Of a stretch of 64,000 nt of DNA, positions 36,797 to 46,868 are shown in pieces. How positions within the stretch are numbered: position 1 is the stretch's first letter; each line of letters opens with the position of its first letter. The DNA is from Candidatus Poribacteria bacterium (GTDB lineage Bacteria; Poribacteria; WGA-4E; WGA-3G): positions 5,312,001 through 5,376,000 of the forward strand of contig OZ242029.1 of assembly GCA_965205015.1 (NCBI GenBank), read 5' to 3'. Position numbers and translations under genes: made by a program. The notes under the pieces were generated by a model, which saw only the letters and a program-made list of their open reading frames with translations, was not told the origin of the DNA and did not search any database.

Positions 36797-37726
36797 TTAA
36801 TCCCATAATCTTGTGCTGAAATAGCGCTCGCCGAGATCATTAAAGACTGTGACGATAACACCTTCCTGCATTTGTTGGGCGACTTTGTAGGCACCGTAGA
36901 GATAGCCACCCGAAGATTGTCCGACGAACCACCCCCGTCGTGCGAGTCGACTGCACATTTCGTGGGCATTTTCAATCGTCGCAGGAATCCGACAATCAAT
37001 CACCGATTCGTCCAAGATTTCTGGAACGATGTCGTCTGGATGTCCGAGCGGTTTAAGGCCTTCAATACCGGGAAACGCCTCTGGTGAAATGGAACAGACT
37101 TGAATGTCTGGGTTATAGTTTTTAAGCCGCCTGCCGACACCCGTGATAGTGCCACCCGTCCCTACACCTGCGACAAAGTGCGTGACTTTCCCACCTGTTT
37201 GGTTCCAAATTTCGACACCTGTTGTTTCATAATGGGCGCGCCAGTTGTTGTCATTTTCGTATTGCGATTTGAAGAAATACCGCTCAGGATCCGATTCGTA
37301 ACGCCGATCAACTTCCCGTAACGCCTCGTCGTAACCGAGAATAGCATCTGTATAGATAACGTCTGCACCGTGTGAGTGAATACGTTTTTTTCGTTCCTCG
37401 CTGGCATTGTCTGGGATCACGAGTTCAACTTTATAGCCGAGTGTGGCACCTATCATGGCGTAGGCGATCCCGGCGTTGCCGGAGCTGGAATCGAGGATAA
37501 CCTTTTCTCGTGTGAGTTCCCCCGATGCAATCGCCTCGGTGAGCATTCTTAGGACAGGTCGGTCTTTGATTGAACCACCGGGGTTGTAGGTTTCCACCTT
37601 CGCGTAGATGTCAACATTCGGCAACTCGTTTGAAAAGAGATCTATTTTGGCGAGCGGTGTCTGTCCGATTATCTGAAGTAGTGGATAGTCTGAAAGATTC
37701 ACCTTTCCAGGCTTTCGCTTGCTCAT
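36797..37726 (-). CDS. PLP-dependent cysteine synthase (CysK/CysM family)
   Basis: NPGGSIKDR, SSGNAG, GTGGT, RYFS. Confidence 0.92.
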   Translation of the reverse strand: MSKRKPGKVNLSDYPLLQIIGQTPLAKIDLFSNELPNVDIYAKVETYNPGGSIKDRPVLRMLTEAIASGELTREKVILDSSSGNAGIAYAMIGATLGYKVELVIPDNASEERKKRIHSHGADVIYTDAILGYDEALREVDRRYESDPERYFFKSQYENDNNWRAHYETTGVEIWNQTGGKVTHFVAGVGTGGTITGVGRRLKNYNPDIQVCSISPEAFPGIEGLKPLGHPDDIVPEILDESVIDCRIPATIENAHEMCSRLARRGWFVGQSSGGYLYGAYKVAQQMQEGVIVTVFNDLGERYFSTRLWD

Positions 37727-38379
37727 GGAGTGTTGTTTATCCTACCTTTGGTGTTTTTTGTAGCGGTTGAAGCTATTTTTAGGCGTTCGTCCAATAAGCG
37801 TTCCATATAGGTCCGTGCGGCATCTCCTGTTAATTGTCCATTGAGGATAGATGATACTTCAAATTCGGCTAACCTCACAGTTGGATTGAGACCGTTCAAC
37901 GGTGGTAGCCAGTCTCGGAACGTATCGAAGAAAGCGCGTTGCGCAGCACGACCGTTGGCATACGGAAAATCCGCTGTACGCCGCCGAAACCGATCCGGTC
38001 CTTTTGCGAGTGCTGCCACGTGATGTTGTTGGCAAAACTGGCGGTATTTCTGCGACTCGTAAGCGAGTGGGATGTTCGCTGGATAAAACCGGAAGGTTTG
38101 CTCTCGATAGTGTGTAAAATGTTGAAGTTCATCAAATTCAAAGATAAAGTGATACGGTTCTGGGAAATAGGCATCGGGGATCAAATAACCGTCAGCTTTT
38201 GCTGTTGTATTTTCCCAGTCCCCTTTTAACTCAGTATAGAGCACCATCACGGCATCGTAATGCTCACCGAAATCTTTGGACCGTGGTTTATTACAGAGCC
38301 AATCAAAGTGGGTGCGGCGTTCTGCGGTTATTCCCAAGACCTCTTCTACCAGTGCGATGATACCAACCTCTAACCGCAT
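37723..38379 (-). CDS. Hypothetical protein, possible PD-(D/E)xK-type nuclease fold
   Basis: PDAYF...FEFDE.QHF motif; stop overlaps the cysteine synthase start. Confidence 0.55.
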   Translation of the reverse strand: MRLEVGIIALVEEVLGITAERRTHFDWLCNKPRSKDFGEHYDAVMVLYTELKGDWENTTAKADGYLIPDAYFPEPYHFIFEFDELQHFTHYREQTFRFYPANIPLAYESQKYRQFCQQHHVAALAKGPDRFRRRTADFPYANGRAAQRAFFDTFRDWLPPLNGLNPTVRLAEFEVSSILNGQLTGDAARTYMERLLDERLKIASTATKNTKGRINNTP

Positions 38380-38402
38380 GCAGATCCCCTCGGTTCCCTT
38401 CT

Positions 38403-38491
38403 GTAGGGGCAGCCCTTGTGGCTGCCCTACGCCTTGTAGCAGCCCTTGTGGCTGTCCTACGCCTTGTAGCAGCCCTACGCCTTGTGGCAGC
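38403..38491. repeat. Degenerate tandem array of a GTAG-type REP palindrome
   Basis: GTAGGGGCAGCCCTTGTGGCTGCCC plus shorter copies; an identical unit lies at 6481-6505. Confidence 0.8.
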
Positions 38492-38510
38492 TCCGTAATT
38501 TATATCAATT

Positions 38511-39317
38511 TTAGACAGGCGCGATGTCGAGATCCTTCAGTGTCTCCCCATTTGTTGCGCTAATTAAACTCGCAAGGTAGTCGCGATCGCGTTGGAGGGC
38601 TTCCAATTTGTTATCACCGTGGACGAACTCTACTTCTAAGTATCCATTGTATCCCGCTGCGCTCAGCGTTTCCACGATTCGGGTGTAATCTACCACACCG
38701 TCTGCGATGGGACATCCTTTCCCGGTTTCGTCAAAATTTTGGGCGTGGACGTTTACGATATGTTCAGCAAGTTTTTCAGCGGCGGTATGTGGTTCGTCGG
38801 CATCCGAACGGGCAAGGGGTTGATAATAAGTTTGCAGTGAAGGCACGCGAACCCCTTCAATCGCCTCCAAGATGCTGGCGACACTGTCGGTGAGATGGTT
38901 ATTGTGCATTTCCAGTCCAAGTCGAATATCTCGGAAATTTGCCCATTGTGCGAGGCTTACCAATCGGAAGAGAATCAGGCGTTTATCAGAAGGCGTGATG
39001 GATTTCGAAGGACCGCCACCAGACCAAATTCTGACGAGATCGGTGCCTAATTCATGCGCGATTTTGAAGGCTTCTTCAAAATGTTGCTGGTGTAGATCCA
39101 TTAACGGTTCTACGTATGAACCGAACGCTGAAATCGACAATCCTTTCCGGTGCGCCATATCCTTGACATTCTTGACGTAATTTTCGTCGTAATCCGCTGG
39201 GAGGTGAGGTGGTTTTCCCCAAATTTCGATGCCATCAAAGCCATAATCCGCCGCTATGTCGATAACCTCTTCCAACGGTTTTTCCTGAAAGGCGATGGTG
39301 CATAAACCTAATTTCAT
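38511..39317 (-). CDS. Sugar phosphate isomerase/epimerase (TIM barrel)
   Basis: GFDGIEIWG, LEMH, VH, DG.VDY, EVEF. Confidence 0.85.
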   Translation of the reverse strand: MKLGLCTIAFQEKPLEEVIDIAADYGFDGIEIWGKPPHLPADYDENYVKNVKDMAHRKGLSISAFGSYVEPLMDLHQQHFEEAFKIAHELGTDLVRIWSGGGPSKSITPSDKRLILFRLVSLAQWANFRDIRLGLEMHNNHLTDSVASILEAIEGVRVPSLQTYYQPLARSDADEPHTAAEKLAEHIVNVHAQNFDETGKGCPIADGVVDYTRIVETLSAAGYNGYLEVEFVHGDNKLEALQRDRDYLASLISATNGETLKDLDIAPV

Positions 39318-39468
39318 CGTTTTTCCCCTATATCCTATTGCTGTATAAATTAGGATACCACAGGTATAAACGGATTGCAAGAAAAGTTTTCGATAGTTCC
39401 AGAGACATTCGGTTTTAACCCTATAGGGGTGGCATCTACAACCTTTGACAAAATATTGACACCCCCCT

Positions 39469-39497
39469 TGACACAGTTTAGCAAATCAGTTATACTT
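39469..39497 (+). promoter_or_regulatory. Sigma70 promoter for modABC
   Basis: TTGACA-N17-TATACT. Confidence 0.65.
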
Positions 39498-39556
39498 GTC
39501 AAGTGTTTTTTCGGATTGGAGAGACTCTTAAATTGTGCTACAGGTCGTCAGAGATA

Positions 39557-40336
39557 ATGCAGCGAGGCGTTAAATTTCTCACCGCAATTAGTTTAGTGTT
39601 CACTCTGTTTTCGGGGTGTGCAACAGATAAGCAGAAACCGATCGAGTTAAGTATCTTCGCTGCTATCAGCTTGACGGACGCACTTGGTGAAATTGGGGCA
39701 GCGTTCACAGCGGAAAGTGGAATTAAAATTTTTTACAATTTCGCCGCATCTACGACCTTACAACGCCAACTCGAAAAGGGGGCGACAGCCGATATCTTTA
39801 TCTCTGCAAGTCCGCGCCAAGTCGTTGTCTTAGAAACGAAAGGACTGATTGAAGCCGAGAGTCGCCGTGATGTGTTAACCAATCGGTTAGTGCTTGTCTC
39901 TGATGATACCGAGAAGATTTCTGTAGAAACGCTTGCTAACCTTGCAGCACCTGAGATTTCGAGAATCGCGATTGGGCATCCAAATATAGTGCCTGCTGGC
40001 GCTTACGCGAAAGAAGCCTTGACGCATTTTGGAGTATGGGAGACGTTACGCCCGAAGTTGATTTTCGGTATGGATGTCCGCGCCACGCTTGCGTATGTAA
40101 CCGCCGGAAATGCGGATGTAGCGATTGTGTATAAAACCGACACAACGCTAACCCGACACATAAAAGTGCTTTATCAGTTACCACCTGAAGCATATACGCC
40201 GATCATCTATCCTGCTGTCGTCATGAAGAAGAGTCTCCGAAAACAATTGGCGCGTAGATTTATGACATACCTACATTCAATGGAGAGCGGTGAAATTTTT
40301 GAAAAGCACGGATTCACCTTTCTGGGACCAAAATGA
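39557..40336 (+). CDS. modA: Molybdate ABC transporter substrate-binding lipoprotein
   Basis: Lipobox FSGC, AA.SL, AS..L..Q...GA.AD.F.SA, VPAG.YA, VY.TD, I.YP. Confidence 0.93.
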   Translation: MQRGVKFLTAISLVFTLFSGCATDKQKPIELSIFAAISLTDALGEIGAAFTAESGIKIFYNFAASTTLQRQLEKGATADIFISASPRQVVVLETKGLIEAESRRDVLTNRLVLVSDDTEKISVETLANLAAPEISRIAIGHPNIVPAGAYAKEALTHFGVWETLRPKLIFGMDVRATLAYVTAGNADVAIVYKTDTTLTRHIKVLYQLPPEAYTPIIYPAVVMKKSLRKQLARRFMTYLHSMESGEIFEKHGFTFLGPK

Positions 40337-40998
40337 GGATTACCCCCGCCGAAGTTGCTGCCCTCTCTTTATCTATAAAAGTTGCCTTGTTCAGTCTTGT
40401 TATAATGTTGCCACCGGGGTTATGGGTCGGTTGGCTACTGGCAAAACGGACATTTCCAGGGAAGACGTTCCTAAATACGCTGGTGATGTGTCCGTTGGTG
40501 CTACCGCCTATCGTCAGTGGATATTTACTCCTGATTCTATTCGGAAAATACGGATTCATTGGTGGATTTATCTATCAAACTTTCGGCATAGAGATCGTTT
40601 TTTCTCAGTTAGCTGTTATTATTGCCGTCTCGATTATCTCATTTCCACTGTTGGTCCGTGGTATTGTGACAGGAATGGAGTCTGTTCCATTGGAGCTTGA
40701 AAGTGCAGCACGGACGCTTGGCGCCTCGCCATTCAAGGTGTTTTGGACGATAACATTTCCACTCGCACATCGCGGAATTATCGGTGGAACGATCCTCGGT
40801 TTCTCCAAAAGTCTGGGTGAATTTGGTGCCACGATCATGGTGGCAGGAAATATTCCCGGCAAAACCCAAACCATGGCGTTAGCGATTTTCAGTGCTGTAC
40901 ATCTCGGGGAGGATGCCTCTGTCTATCGGTTAGTGTTTATTTCAACCGTTGTTGCTTTCATAGCACTCTGGTTAACGGAACGTTTTACCCTCCGATAG
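40333..40998 (+). CDS. modB: Molybdate ABC transporter permease
   Basis: PLVLPP.V.G, ESAARTLGA, GEFGAT..AGNIPGKT. Confidence 0.95.
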   Translation: MRITPAEVAALSLSIKVALFSLVIMLPPGLWVGWLLAKRTFPGKTFLNTLVMCPLVLPPIVSGYLLLILFGKYGFIGGFIYQTFGIEIVFSQLAVIIAVSIISFPLLVRGIVTGMESVPLELESAARTLGASPFKVFWTITFPLAHRGIIGGTILGFSKSLGEFGATIMVAGNIPGKTQTMALAIFSAVHLGEDASVYRLVFISTVVAFIALWLTERFTLR

Positions 40999-41154
40999 AC
41001 GCGCTTTTTATAGAAGATCCTAAGTGTCAATTTTAGAAAAAACGCGTGCTAAATTGACTGGCTATGGTGCGGCTTGTAACCTCACCGGATATGGTTATGA
41101 AATTAAAGATGATGCTACAAAGTGGCAACTCACATGATATAAAGGGAGAATGAT

Positions 41155-41424
41155 ATGGATTGGGGAATAGGTTTCGTTGTTATTATCGCCGTGGCAGGTG
41201 TGCTACTGGTTTGGTATCTATATCGACGTTCCAAAAATGAAACCACTGAGAATACAGAGGAACCGACAGACAATGCTGACGACGGCTATGAAGATTTGCT
41301 TTTAACAGGTCTAATGCTCGAAGAAATCTATGAGGACGATCAGAATGCATCTGACGATCAGGATGCTGACGGCTATGATAATGGATTCGACGGGGGTTAT
41401 GATGACGGTGGGGGATTAGAGTAA
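41155..41424 (+). CDS. Small membrane protein with acidic, Gly-rich tail
   Basis: N-terminal TM helix, Asp/Glu/Gly-rich C-terminus; GGAG RBS. Confidence 0.65.
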   Translation: MDWGIGFVVIIAVAGVLLVWYLYRRSKNETTENTEEPTDNADDGYEDLLLTGLMLEEIYEDDQNASDDQDADGYDNGFDGGYDDGGGLE

Positions 41425-41435
41425 TAGGGGTTGCT

Positions 41436-42509
41436 ATGACAGAGAGTCCCAGAATCAAACTCGATTTTCGCAAACGCCTCGGTCGTTTCATCTTGGAGGT
41501 CAATTGCACGCTGGAGGCAAAGGTTTCGGCATTTTTAGGCGTGTCTGGAAGCGGTAAAAGCACGCTCCTCAATTGCGTTAGCGGCACGCTGACCCCAGAT
41601 GAAGGCGAAATCGTTTTTGGCGAAGAAGTCCTTTACGCATCCGCCTCAAAAATTAATCTACCGCCTGAAAAACGACGCTTCGGCTATGTTTTTCAAGAGG
41701 GCTATCTATTTCCGCATCTCACCGTTGCCCAGAACATCCGATATGGACAACCGAATTCACGAAAATCCTCAGCCGCGATAGATGTTCTCGAAATCACCGA
41801 ACTGCTTCAGCGGTATCCCAAGGAACTCTCTGGCGGCGAACGTCAACGGGTTGCTGTCGCACGCGCACTCGCCATGGAACCTCGGATGCTGCTGATGGAT
41901 GAGCCACTCGCTGCGCTTGATGACGCCCTAAAAGATCGAATTATACCCTATCTGCGCCACATTAAAGACGCCTTTGAGATACCGATCCTGTATGTTACCC
42001 ACGCCTTTTCCGAGGCGATGGCACTTGCTGACGAAGCCTTCCTGCTCGCCGATGGCGTCATCGTGGCGAGTGGTGAACCCCACCGATTGCTAACTGCCCC
42101 TTCCGCCATGCCCATCGCACAATTGACGGGGGTCGAAAACATTCTATTCCTTTCTGTAACGGCTACGGACAAGGCACGCGGTTTGACTGCATTGGACATC
42201 GGAAGTCAATCTCTTATGATACCTTATGTCGATGTTGAAGTGGGGGAGGTTGTTCCGGTCGCCATCCGTGCTGAGGATATTATTATCTCGCTTGAACCCA
42301 ATATCTCCGTGAGTGCGCGCAACATATTACCCGGAAAAATCCAGGATCTCGATGTCAAAAGCGAACGCACATGGGTATCCATCCTCGTTGAACGGCATCA
42401 CCTCGCCGTGAAAATCACACACGAAGCGCGAGATCAGCTGCAATTGAGAGAAGGCTCAGAGGTCTACTGTGTGATTAAGGCAAGTGCCATCAATCTCCTC
42501 TGGGATTAA
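41436..42509 (+). CDS. modC: Molybdate ABC transporter ATP-binding protein with TOBE domains
   Basis: GSGKST, LSGGE.QR, MDEP, SARN..G, IKA. Confidence 0.94.
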   Translation: MTESPRIKLDFRKRLGRFILEVNCTLEAKVSAFLGVSGSGKSTLLNCVSGTLTPDEGEIVFGEEVLYASASKINLPPEKRRFGYVFQEGYLFPHLTVAQNIRYGQPNSRKSSAAIDVLEITELLQRYPKELSGGERQRVAVARALAMEPRMLLMDEPLAALDDALKDRIIPYLRHIKDAFEIPILYVTHAFSEAMALADEAFLLADGVIVASGEPHRLLTAPSAMPIAQLTGVENILFLSVTATDKARGLTALDIGSQSLMIPYVDVEVGEVVPVAIRAEDIIISLEPNISVSARNILPGKIQDLDVKSERTWVSILVERHHLAVKITHEARDQLQLREGSEVYCVIKASAINLLWD

Positions 42510-42514
42510 TTTCT

Positions 42515-42626
42515 GTAGGAGCGAGTTGTGTGCGCGATGCTGTAGCGTAGGAGACCGTTAGCCTGTGCCTATCGGTGGTTTCTGTAAGAGCGAGTGTTTT
42601 TGACAGGGGTTTCCCGTGCTCGCGAT
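42515..42626. repeat. Cluster of three REP-like palindromes between convergent modC and coaE
   Basis: GTAGGAGCGAG..., GTAGCGTAG...TTAGCCTGTGC, GTAAGAGCGAG...CTCGCGA; related copies at 48841-48887 and 13378-13442. Confidence 0.65.
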
Positions 42627-42629
42627 TCT

Positions 42630-43271
42630 TTACTTCTGAAGCTGCTCCCAAAGTGCATCCACCTGCCTGTGAAGTGCTTCAAGCGTCCCTTCGTTCTCTA
42701 TAACAACATCCGCATACTTAACTTTCTCCGTGACCGGCATCTGCGAATCAATCCGCGCTTGAACTTCGGATTCCGTAAGCGGTCTTCCCTGCGCAACACT
42801 ACGTTCTAACGTGCGTCTCAGCTGCGTTTCCGCTGATGCCGTCACAACAACAATCAGATCGACGGTATCATAAGCCCCCGCTTCAATGAGGAGCGGGGCA
42901 TCCAGTAGCACGACGCACGTCGGGTCTTCCCTGACGAGGTGGCGTGCCTGTCCCCGTGAGCGTTCAATAATCAACGGATGCAAGATACTGTTCAAACGTT
43001 CCCGGGCGGCTTTATTCTTAAAAACGATGGCTCCCAGTTTCTTCCGACTCACATCCCCGGATGCTTCGAGAATATCCTGCCCAAACGCCTCCGTCAGTTT
43101 ACCAATAACAGGACTATCCGCCTTGAGGAGTTGATGTCCGATTTCATCCGCATTGATCGGGATCGCACCCTTCTCCGCAAGAAGGTCCGAGACGGTCGTT
43201 TTTCCGCAAGCAATCCCGCCTGTAATCCCAACGATGATGCCGCGTGCGCGGTGTGTTGTTGCTGTTTCCAT
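42630..43271 (-). CDS. coaE: Dephospho-CoA kinase
   Basis: GITGGIACGKT, AD, LN.ILHP, DAPLLIE, RIDSQ; TTGACA-N17-TAGACT promoter just upstream supports the start. Confidence 0.95.
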   Translation of the reverse strand: METATTHRARGIIVGITGGIACGKTTVSDLLAEKGAIPINADEIGHQLLKADSPVIGKLTEAFGQDILEASGDVSRKKLGAIVFKNKAARERLNSILHPLIIERSRGQARHLVREDPTCVVLLDAPLLIEAGAYDTVDLIVVVTASAETQLRRTLERSVAQGRPLTESEVQARIDSQMPVTEKVKYADVVIENEGTLEALHRQVDALWEQLQK

Positions 43272-43426
43272 AATCTTGAGTCTATACCACGCGGTAAAAT
43301 TTGTCAATGCCTCCCCTGTAGGCGGGATCTCCGAATCCCGACGCCTCCAATTTCAATTGACACCCATAACCTTTCCTGCTACGATGTTAACCACTACATC
43401 TATTTCATTCGGAGAGGGAAGATTTC

Positions 43427-44257
43427 ATGGGAAGATTAGAGGGTAAAGTCGCAATCGTAACGGGTGCCGGTAGAGGGCATGCCGAGGCAGTCGCAAGACG
43501 CTTCGCCGAAGAAGGAGCCGCGGTCTCTATCTGTGATGTGATGCCAGTCCAAGAATTAGAAGCAAAAGTCGGTTCAGAAATTAGAGCCGCCGGTGCGGAC
43601 GTCATCTGTTTTGAGACCGATGTTTCAAAAGAGGAGCCCGTCAATGAGATGGTCGCCGCAACCATCGAAAAATTCGGCACCGTCGATATACTCGCCAACG
43701 TCGTCGGCATTGCGGGACCCACGAAGGATGTCTGGGACATGACTTTAAAAGAATGGAGACACACGCTTGAGGTCAACCTCGACTCGCTGTTTATCTGTTC
43801 CAAAGCCGTCCTACCGGAGATGATCCGCAAGGAATACGGGAAAATCATAAACTTCAGTTCTGGAACCGGCAAACAGCCACTTTCGCACAGAGCACCGTAT
43901 GCGACCTCGAAGATGGGAGTCATCGGTTTCACGCGCACACTCGCTGCCGATGTCGGGCGTTACAATATCACCGTCAACGCCATCTGCCCGGGCTGGCATG
44001 TGGAGCGAAGCCTTGAACTTGCAAGGGGCAGGGCTGAATACATGGACAGACCCTTTGATGAAGACGCATTACGGGAGCGTTACCAACAGACAAACCCCAA
44101 AAGCGTTATCGCCGGGAGATGGTGTTCGGATGAAGGCTACAGCGATAAAGGCTCAGGGTCTGAGGATGCTGCGGCATTAGCAGTCTTCCTCGCGTCGGAG
44201 GATTCGGCGAACATGACAGGTCAAGACATCAACACCGGTGGCACGGTGATGTGGTAG
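43427..44257 (+). CDS. Short-chain dehydrogenase/reductase
   Basis: TGAGRG, YATSK, NAICPG. Confidence 0.9.
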   Translation: MGRLEGKVAIVTGAGRGHAEAVARRFAEEGAAVSICDVMPVQELEAKVGSEIRAAGADVICFETDVSKEEPVNEMVAATIEKFGTVDILANVVGIAGPTKDVWDMTLKEWRHTLEVNLDSLFICSKAVLPEMIRKEYGKIINFSSGTGKQPLSHRAPYATSKMGVIGFTRTLAADVGRYNITVNAICPGWHVERSLELARGRAEYMDRPFDEDALRERYQQTNPKSVIAGRWCSDEGYSDKGSGSEDAAALAVFLASEDSANMTGQDINTGGTVMW

Positions 44258-44279
44258 TTGTCAGGAGGTAAATTACATT

Positions 44280-44678
44280 ATGAAAATTAGAGTAACCGCC
44301 ATTTTTGTTCAAAATCAGGAAAGTGCGTTAAAATTTTATACTGAAAAATTGGGATTCGTTAAGAAGCGGGACATTCCCTTAGAAAATGGTGACAGATGGC
44401 TTACGGTAGTCGCAAAAGAAGAACAAGACGGGCCTGAACTTTTGTTAGAACCATTATCTGATAACCATGTTGGACCCGCCAAAACGTATCAAAAAGCTGT
44501 ATTTGATGCAGGGCTTCCATATACCCAATTCAGTGTGGAAAACGTTCAGGCAGAATATGAGCGATTAATCAACCTTGGCGTCGAATTCAGTGTAGAGCCT
44601 ACTAAGATAGAAACAACAATTTTTGCTATTTTCAATGATACTTGCGGAAACAATATTCAGATCGTAGAAATTGAGTGA
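44280..44678 (+). CDS. VOC/glyoxalase family protein
   Basis: ALKFYTEKLGF, RWLTV, F.DTCGN.IQ. Confidence 0.9.
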   Translation: MKIRVTAIFVQNQESALKFYTEKLGFVKKRDIPLENGDRWLTVVAKEEQDGPELLLEPLSDNHVGPAKTYQKAVFDAGLPYTQFSVENVQAEYERLINLGVEFSVEPTKIETTIFAIFNDTCGNNIQIVEIE

Positions 44679-44692
44679 GGAAGGTTTAATAA

Positions 44693-45658
44693 ATGAAACA
44701 ACTCACGCAAGCTGCATTTCAGAGAGCAAAGAACTTTATAATGGATCAGGGGAGAGCGTTGGACCAAAGGCGTTTTGAATTCCATTTTGAAAATGAATCC
44801 GCTGATGCCGTCCTTGCCGCGCTATCACCCTATCAAAACGACGACGGTGGCTTTGGGCACAGTCTGGAGCCTGACATCAGAACACCTGCTTCGTCTGCGA
44901 TTGTGACCACGATAGGTTTCCAGATTCTCAGGGAAATTCAGGCACCTGCAAGTCACATAGTGGTACGGAAGGGAATCCAATATCTTATCGACACCTATGA
45001 CGAATTCCAGCAGGTATGGCACATCGTTCCACCTGAAGTGGACGAGGCACCGCACGCCCCTTGGTGGAATTACGAGAGTACTACCGAATCTTTCGGTCAG
45101 TTTCTGGTCAACCCCCGCGCTGAGATTGTCGGATATTTGCACGAATTTAGCGATGGCGTGCCGACGAAATTGTTGAACACATTAACCGCCTCCGTCCTGG
45201 AGCATCTGGAGTCCCTACCCGATGAAATGGAGATGCACGATGTCCTCTGTTGCGTCCGGCTTGCGGAGACAGAGGCGCTGCCGAATACGGACAAGGTCTG
45301 GACGAAACTCGCCCGAGCGGCGACGCAGGGTGTTGCCCGGAATGTGGAGCAGTTGACCGGCTATGTTCTCAAACCGCTGTGGTTAGTACCCTCTCCAGAA
45401 TCACCGTTAGCTCTTGGTCTTAAGGAGGAAGTAGAGATGAACTTGGACTTTGAGATCGAACAGCAGGGTGAGGATGGTTCTTGGTCCCCAAATTTCTCTT
45501 GGGACGATCAATATCCAGAGGCGTGGCAAACAGCGAAAAAAGAGTGGCAATCCAGGATCACGGTCGAGACCCTGAAAACGTTGAAGGATTTCGGTCGCAT
45601 TGCGCAAGAAGTTGAGACAAACGCAGCGAAATCCAATGAAACACGCGATCTATCCTGA
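44693..45658 (+). CDS. Prenyltransferase/squalene oxidase repeat-like alpha-toroid protein
   Basis: YQNDDGGFGHSLEPD, HAPWW, QGEDGSW. Confidence 0.75.
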   Translation: MKQLTQAAFQRAKNFIMDQGRALDQRRFEFHFENESADAVLAALSPYQNDDGGFGHSLEPDIRTPASSAIVTTIGFQILREIQAPASHIVVRKGIQYLIDTYDEFQQVWHIVPPEVDEAPHAPWWNYESTTESFGQFLVNPRAEIVGYLHEFSDGVPTKLLNTLTASVLEHLESLPDEMEMHDVLCCVRLAETEALPNTDKVWTKLARAATQGVARNVEQLTGYVLKPLWLVPSPESPLALGLKEEVEMNLDFEIEQQGEDGSWSPNFSWDDQYPEAWQTAKKEWQSRITVETLKTLKDFGRIAQEVETNAAKSNETRDLS

Positions 45659-45779
45659 GAATCCTTGAATCCTGAAAATCCCGATTCAGACAATTAACCG
45701 AAAATTACCGCTTGACATCCTTCCCAATTTCTGATAGAGTAGAGAGTGTGATTTAAAAAATGGAAGGAGCAAAAAATAA

Positions 45780-46817
45780 ATGGCACAAGACACAATTCGA
45801 GTCGGTGTTATCGGTGCGGGTGGCAACACAACCTCACGGCATATTCCCGGACTCCAAGCCATTGATGGCGTTGAGATCGTCGGCGTCTGCAATCGGAGTC
45901 AGGAATCCTCACAACGGGTGGCAGACCAGTTCGGTATCCCGAAGACCTACGGCAATTGGCAGGACGCGATCGCCGATGCGGATACCACTGCGATTGTTAT
46001 TGGAACATGGCCCTATATGCACTGCCGTGCGACAATCGCGGCACTTGAAGCGGATAAGCACGTGATGTGTGAGGCGCGAATGGCGATGAACGCCAGAGAA
46101 GCGCATAAGATGCGAGAGGTATCACGTCAGAAAACACATCTCATCGCGCAGATCGTCCCGTCGCCGATGACGCTGCGAGTCGATAAAACGATAAAGCGCC
46201 TTATCGCCGAAGGGTATATCGGGGATGTGCTGGCTATAGAAGCACGCGCAGGCGGCGCGTTTCTCGACAGCGAGGCACCGCTCCAGTGGCGACAGGATTT
46301 TGACCTCAGCGGGCTTAACATCATGAGCATGGGAATCTGGTATGAGGCGTTGATACGGTGGGTCGGAGAAGCGACGCGGATCATGGCGATGGGCAAAACC
46401 TTTGTCAAGATGCGTCCGGATGCCGACGGCGTGATGCGCGCTGTGCGGATTCCTGAACATATCGATGTCGTTGGGGATCTTGAATGTGGCGCGCAACTTC
46501 ACATACAGGTTTCTAATGTCGCGGGGTTAGCAGGCGCACCGGAGGTTTATGTCTTCGGCAGCAATGGAACTTTTCGTTTTTCTGGGAACCGACTTTACGG
46601 TGGACAGAAAGGCGATACTGAACTCACCGAGATCGATATTCCTGATTCAGAGGCTGGTGGGTGGCGAGTCGAGGAAGAATTTGTCAATGCGATTCGCGGC
46701 GGGGAGATCATCACGCACACCGATTTTGAGACGGGTGTGAAATATATGGAGTTTACGGAGGCAGTCACGCTAAGTATGCAATCGGGGAAAGCAATTACTT
46801 TACCGCTACATATTTAA
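45780..46817 (+). CDS. Gfo/Idh/MocA oxidoreductase
   Basis: GVIGAG, KHVMCEARMA. Confidence 0.9.
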   Translation: MAQDTIRVGVIGAGGNTTSRHIPGLQAIDGVEIVGVCNRSQESSQRVADQFGIPKTYGNWQDAIADADTTAIVIGTWPYMHCRATIAALEADKHVMCEARMAMNAREAHKMREVSRQKTHLIAQIVPSPMTLRVDKTIKRLIAEGYIGDVLAIEARAGGAFLDSEAPLQWRQDFDLSGLNIMSMGIWYEALIRWVGEATRIMAMGKTFVKMRPDADGVMRAVRIPEHIDVVGDLECGAQLHIQVSNVAGLAGAPEVYVFGSNGTFRFSGNRLYGGQKGDTELTEIDIPDSEAGGWRVEEEFVNAIRGGEIITHTDFETGVKYMEFTEAVTLSMQSGKAITLPLHI

Positions 46818-46868
46818 AAAAGATTGCGGCACAGCGGAGTATACCTACTACCTTGGAAGGAGCGACGT

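Noticed and set aside
38403-38491. Possible mini-CRISPR array
   Set aside because: Units are abutting and degenerate, with no unique spacers and no cas genes; matches a dispersed REP at 6481.
39380-39556. Moco riboswitch or ModE box upstream of modA
   Set aside because: The leader after the promoter is only about 55 nt and no recognisable motif was seen.
45652-45692. Short AATCCTG-type imperfect tandem repeat
   Set aside because: Single low-complexity occurrence in this window; no function can be supported.
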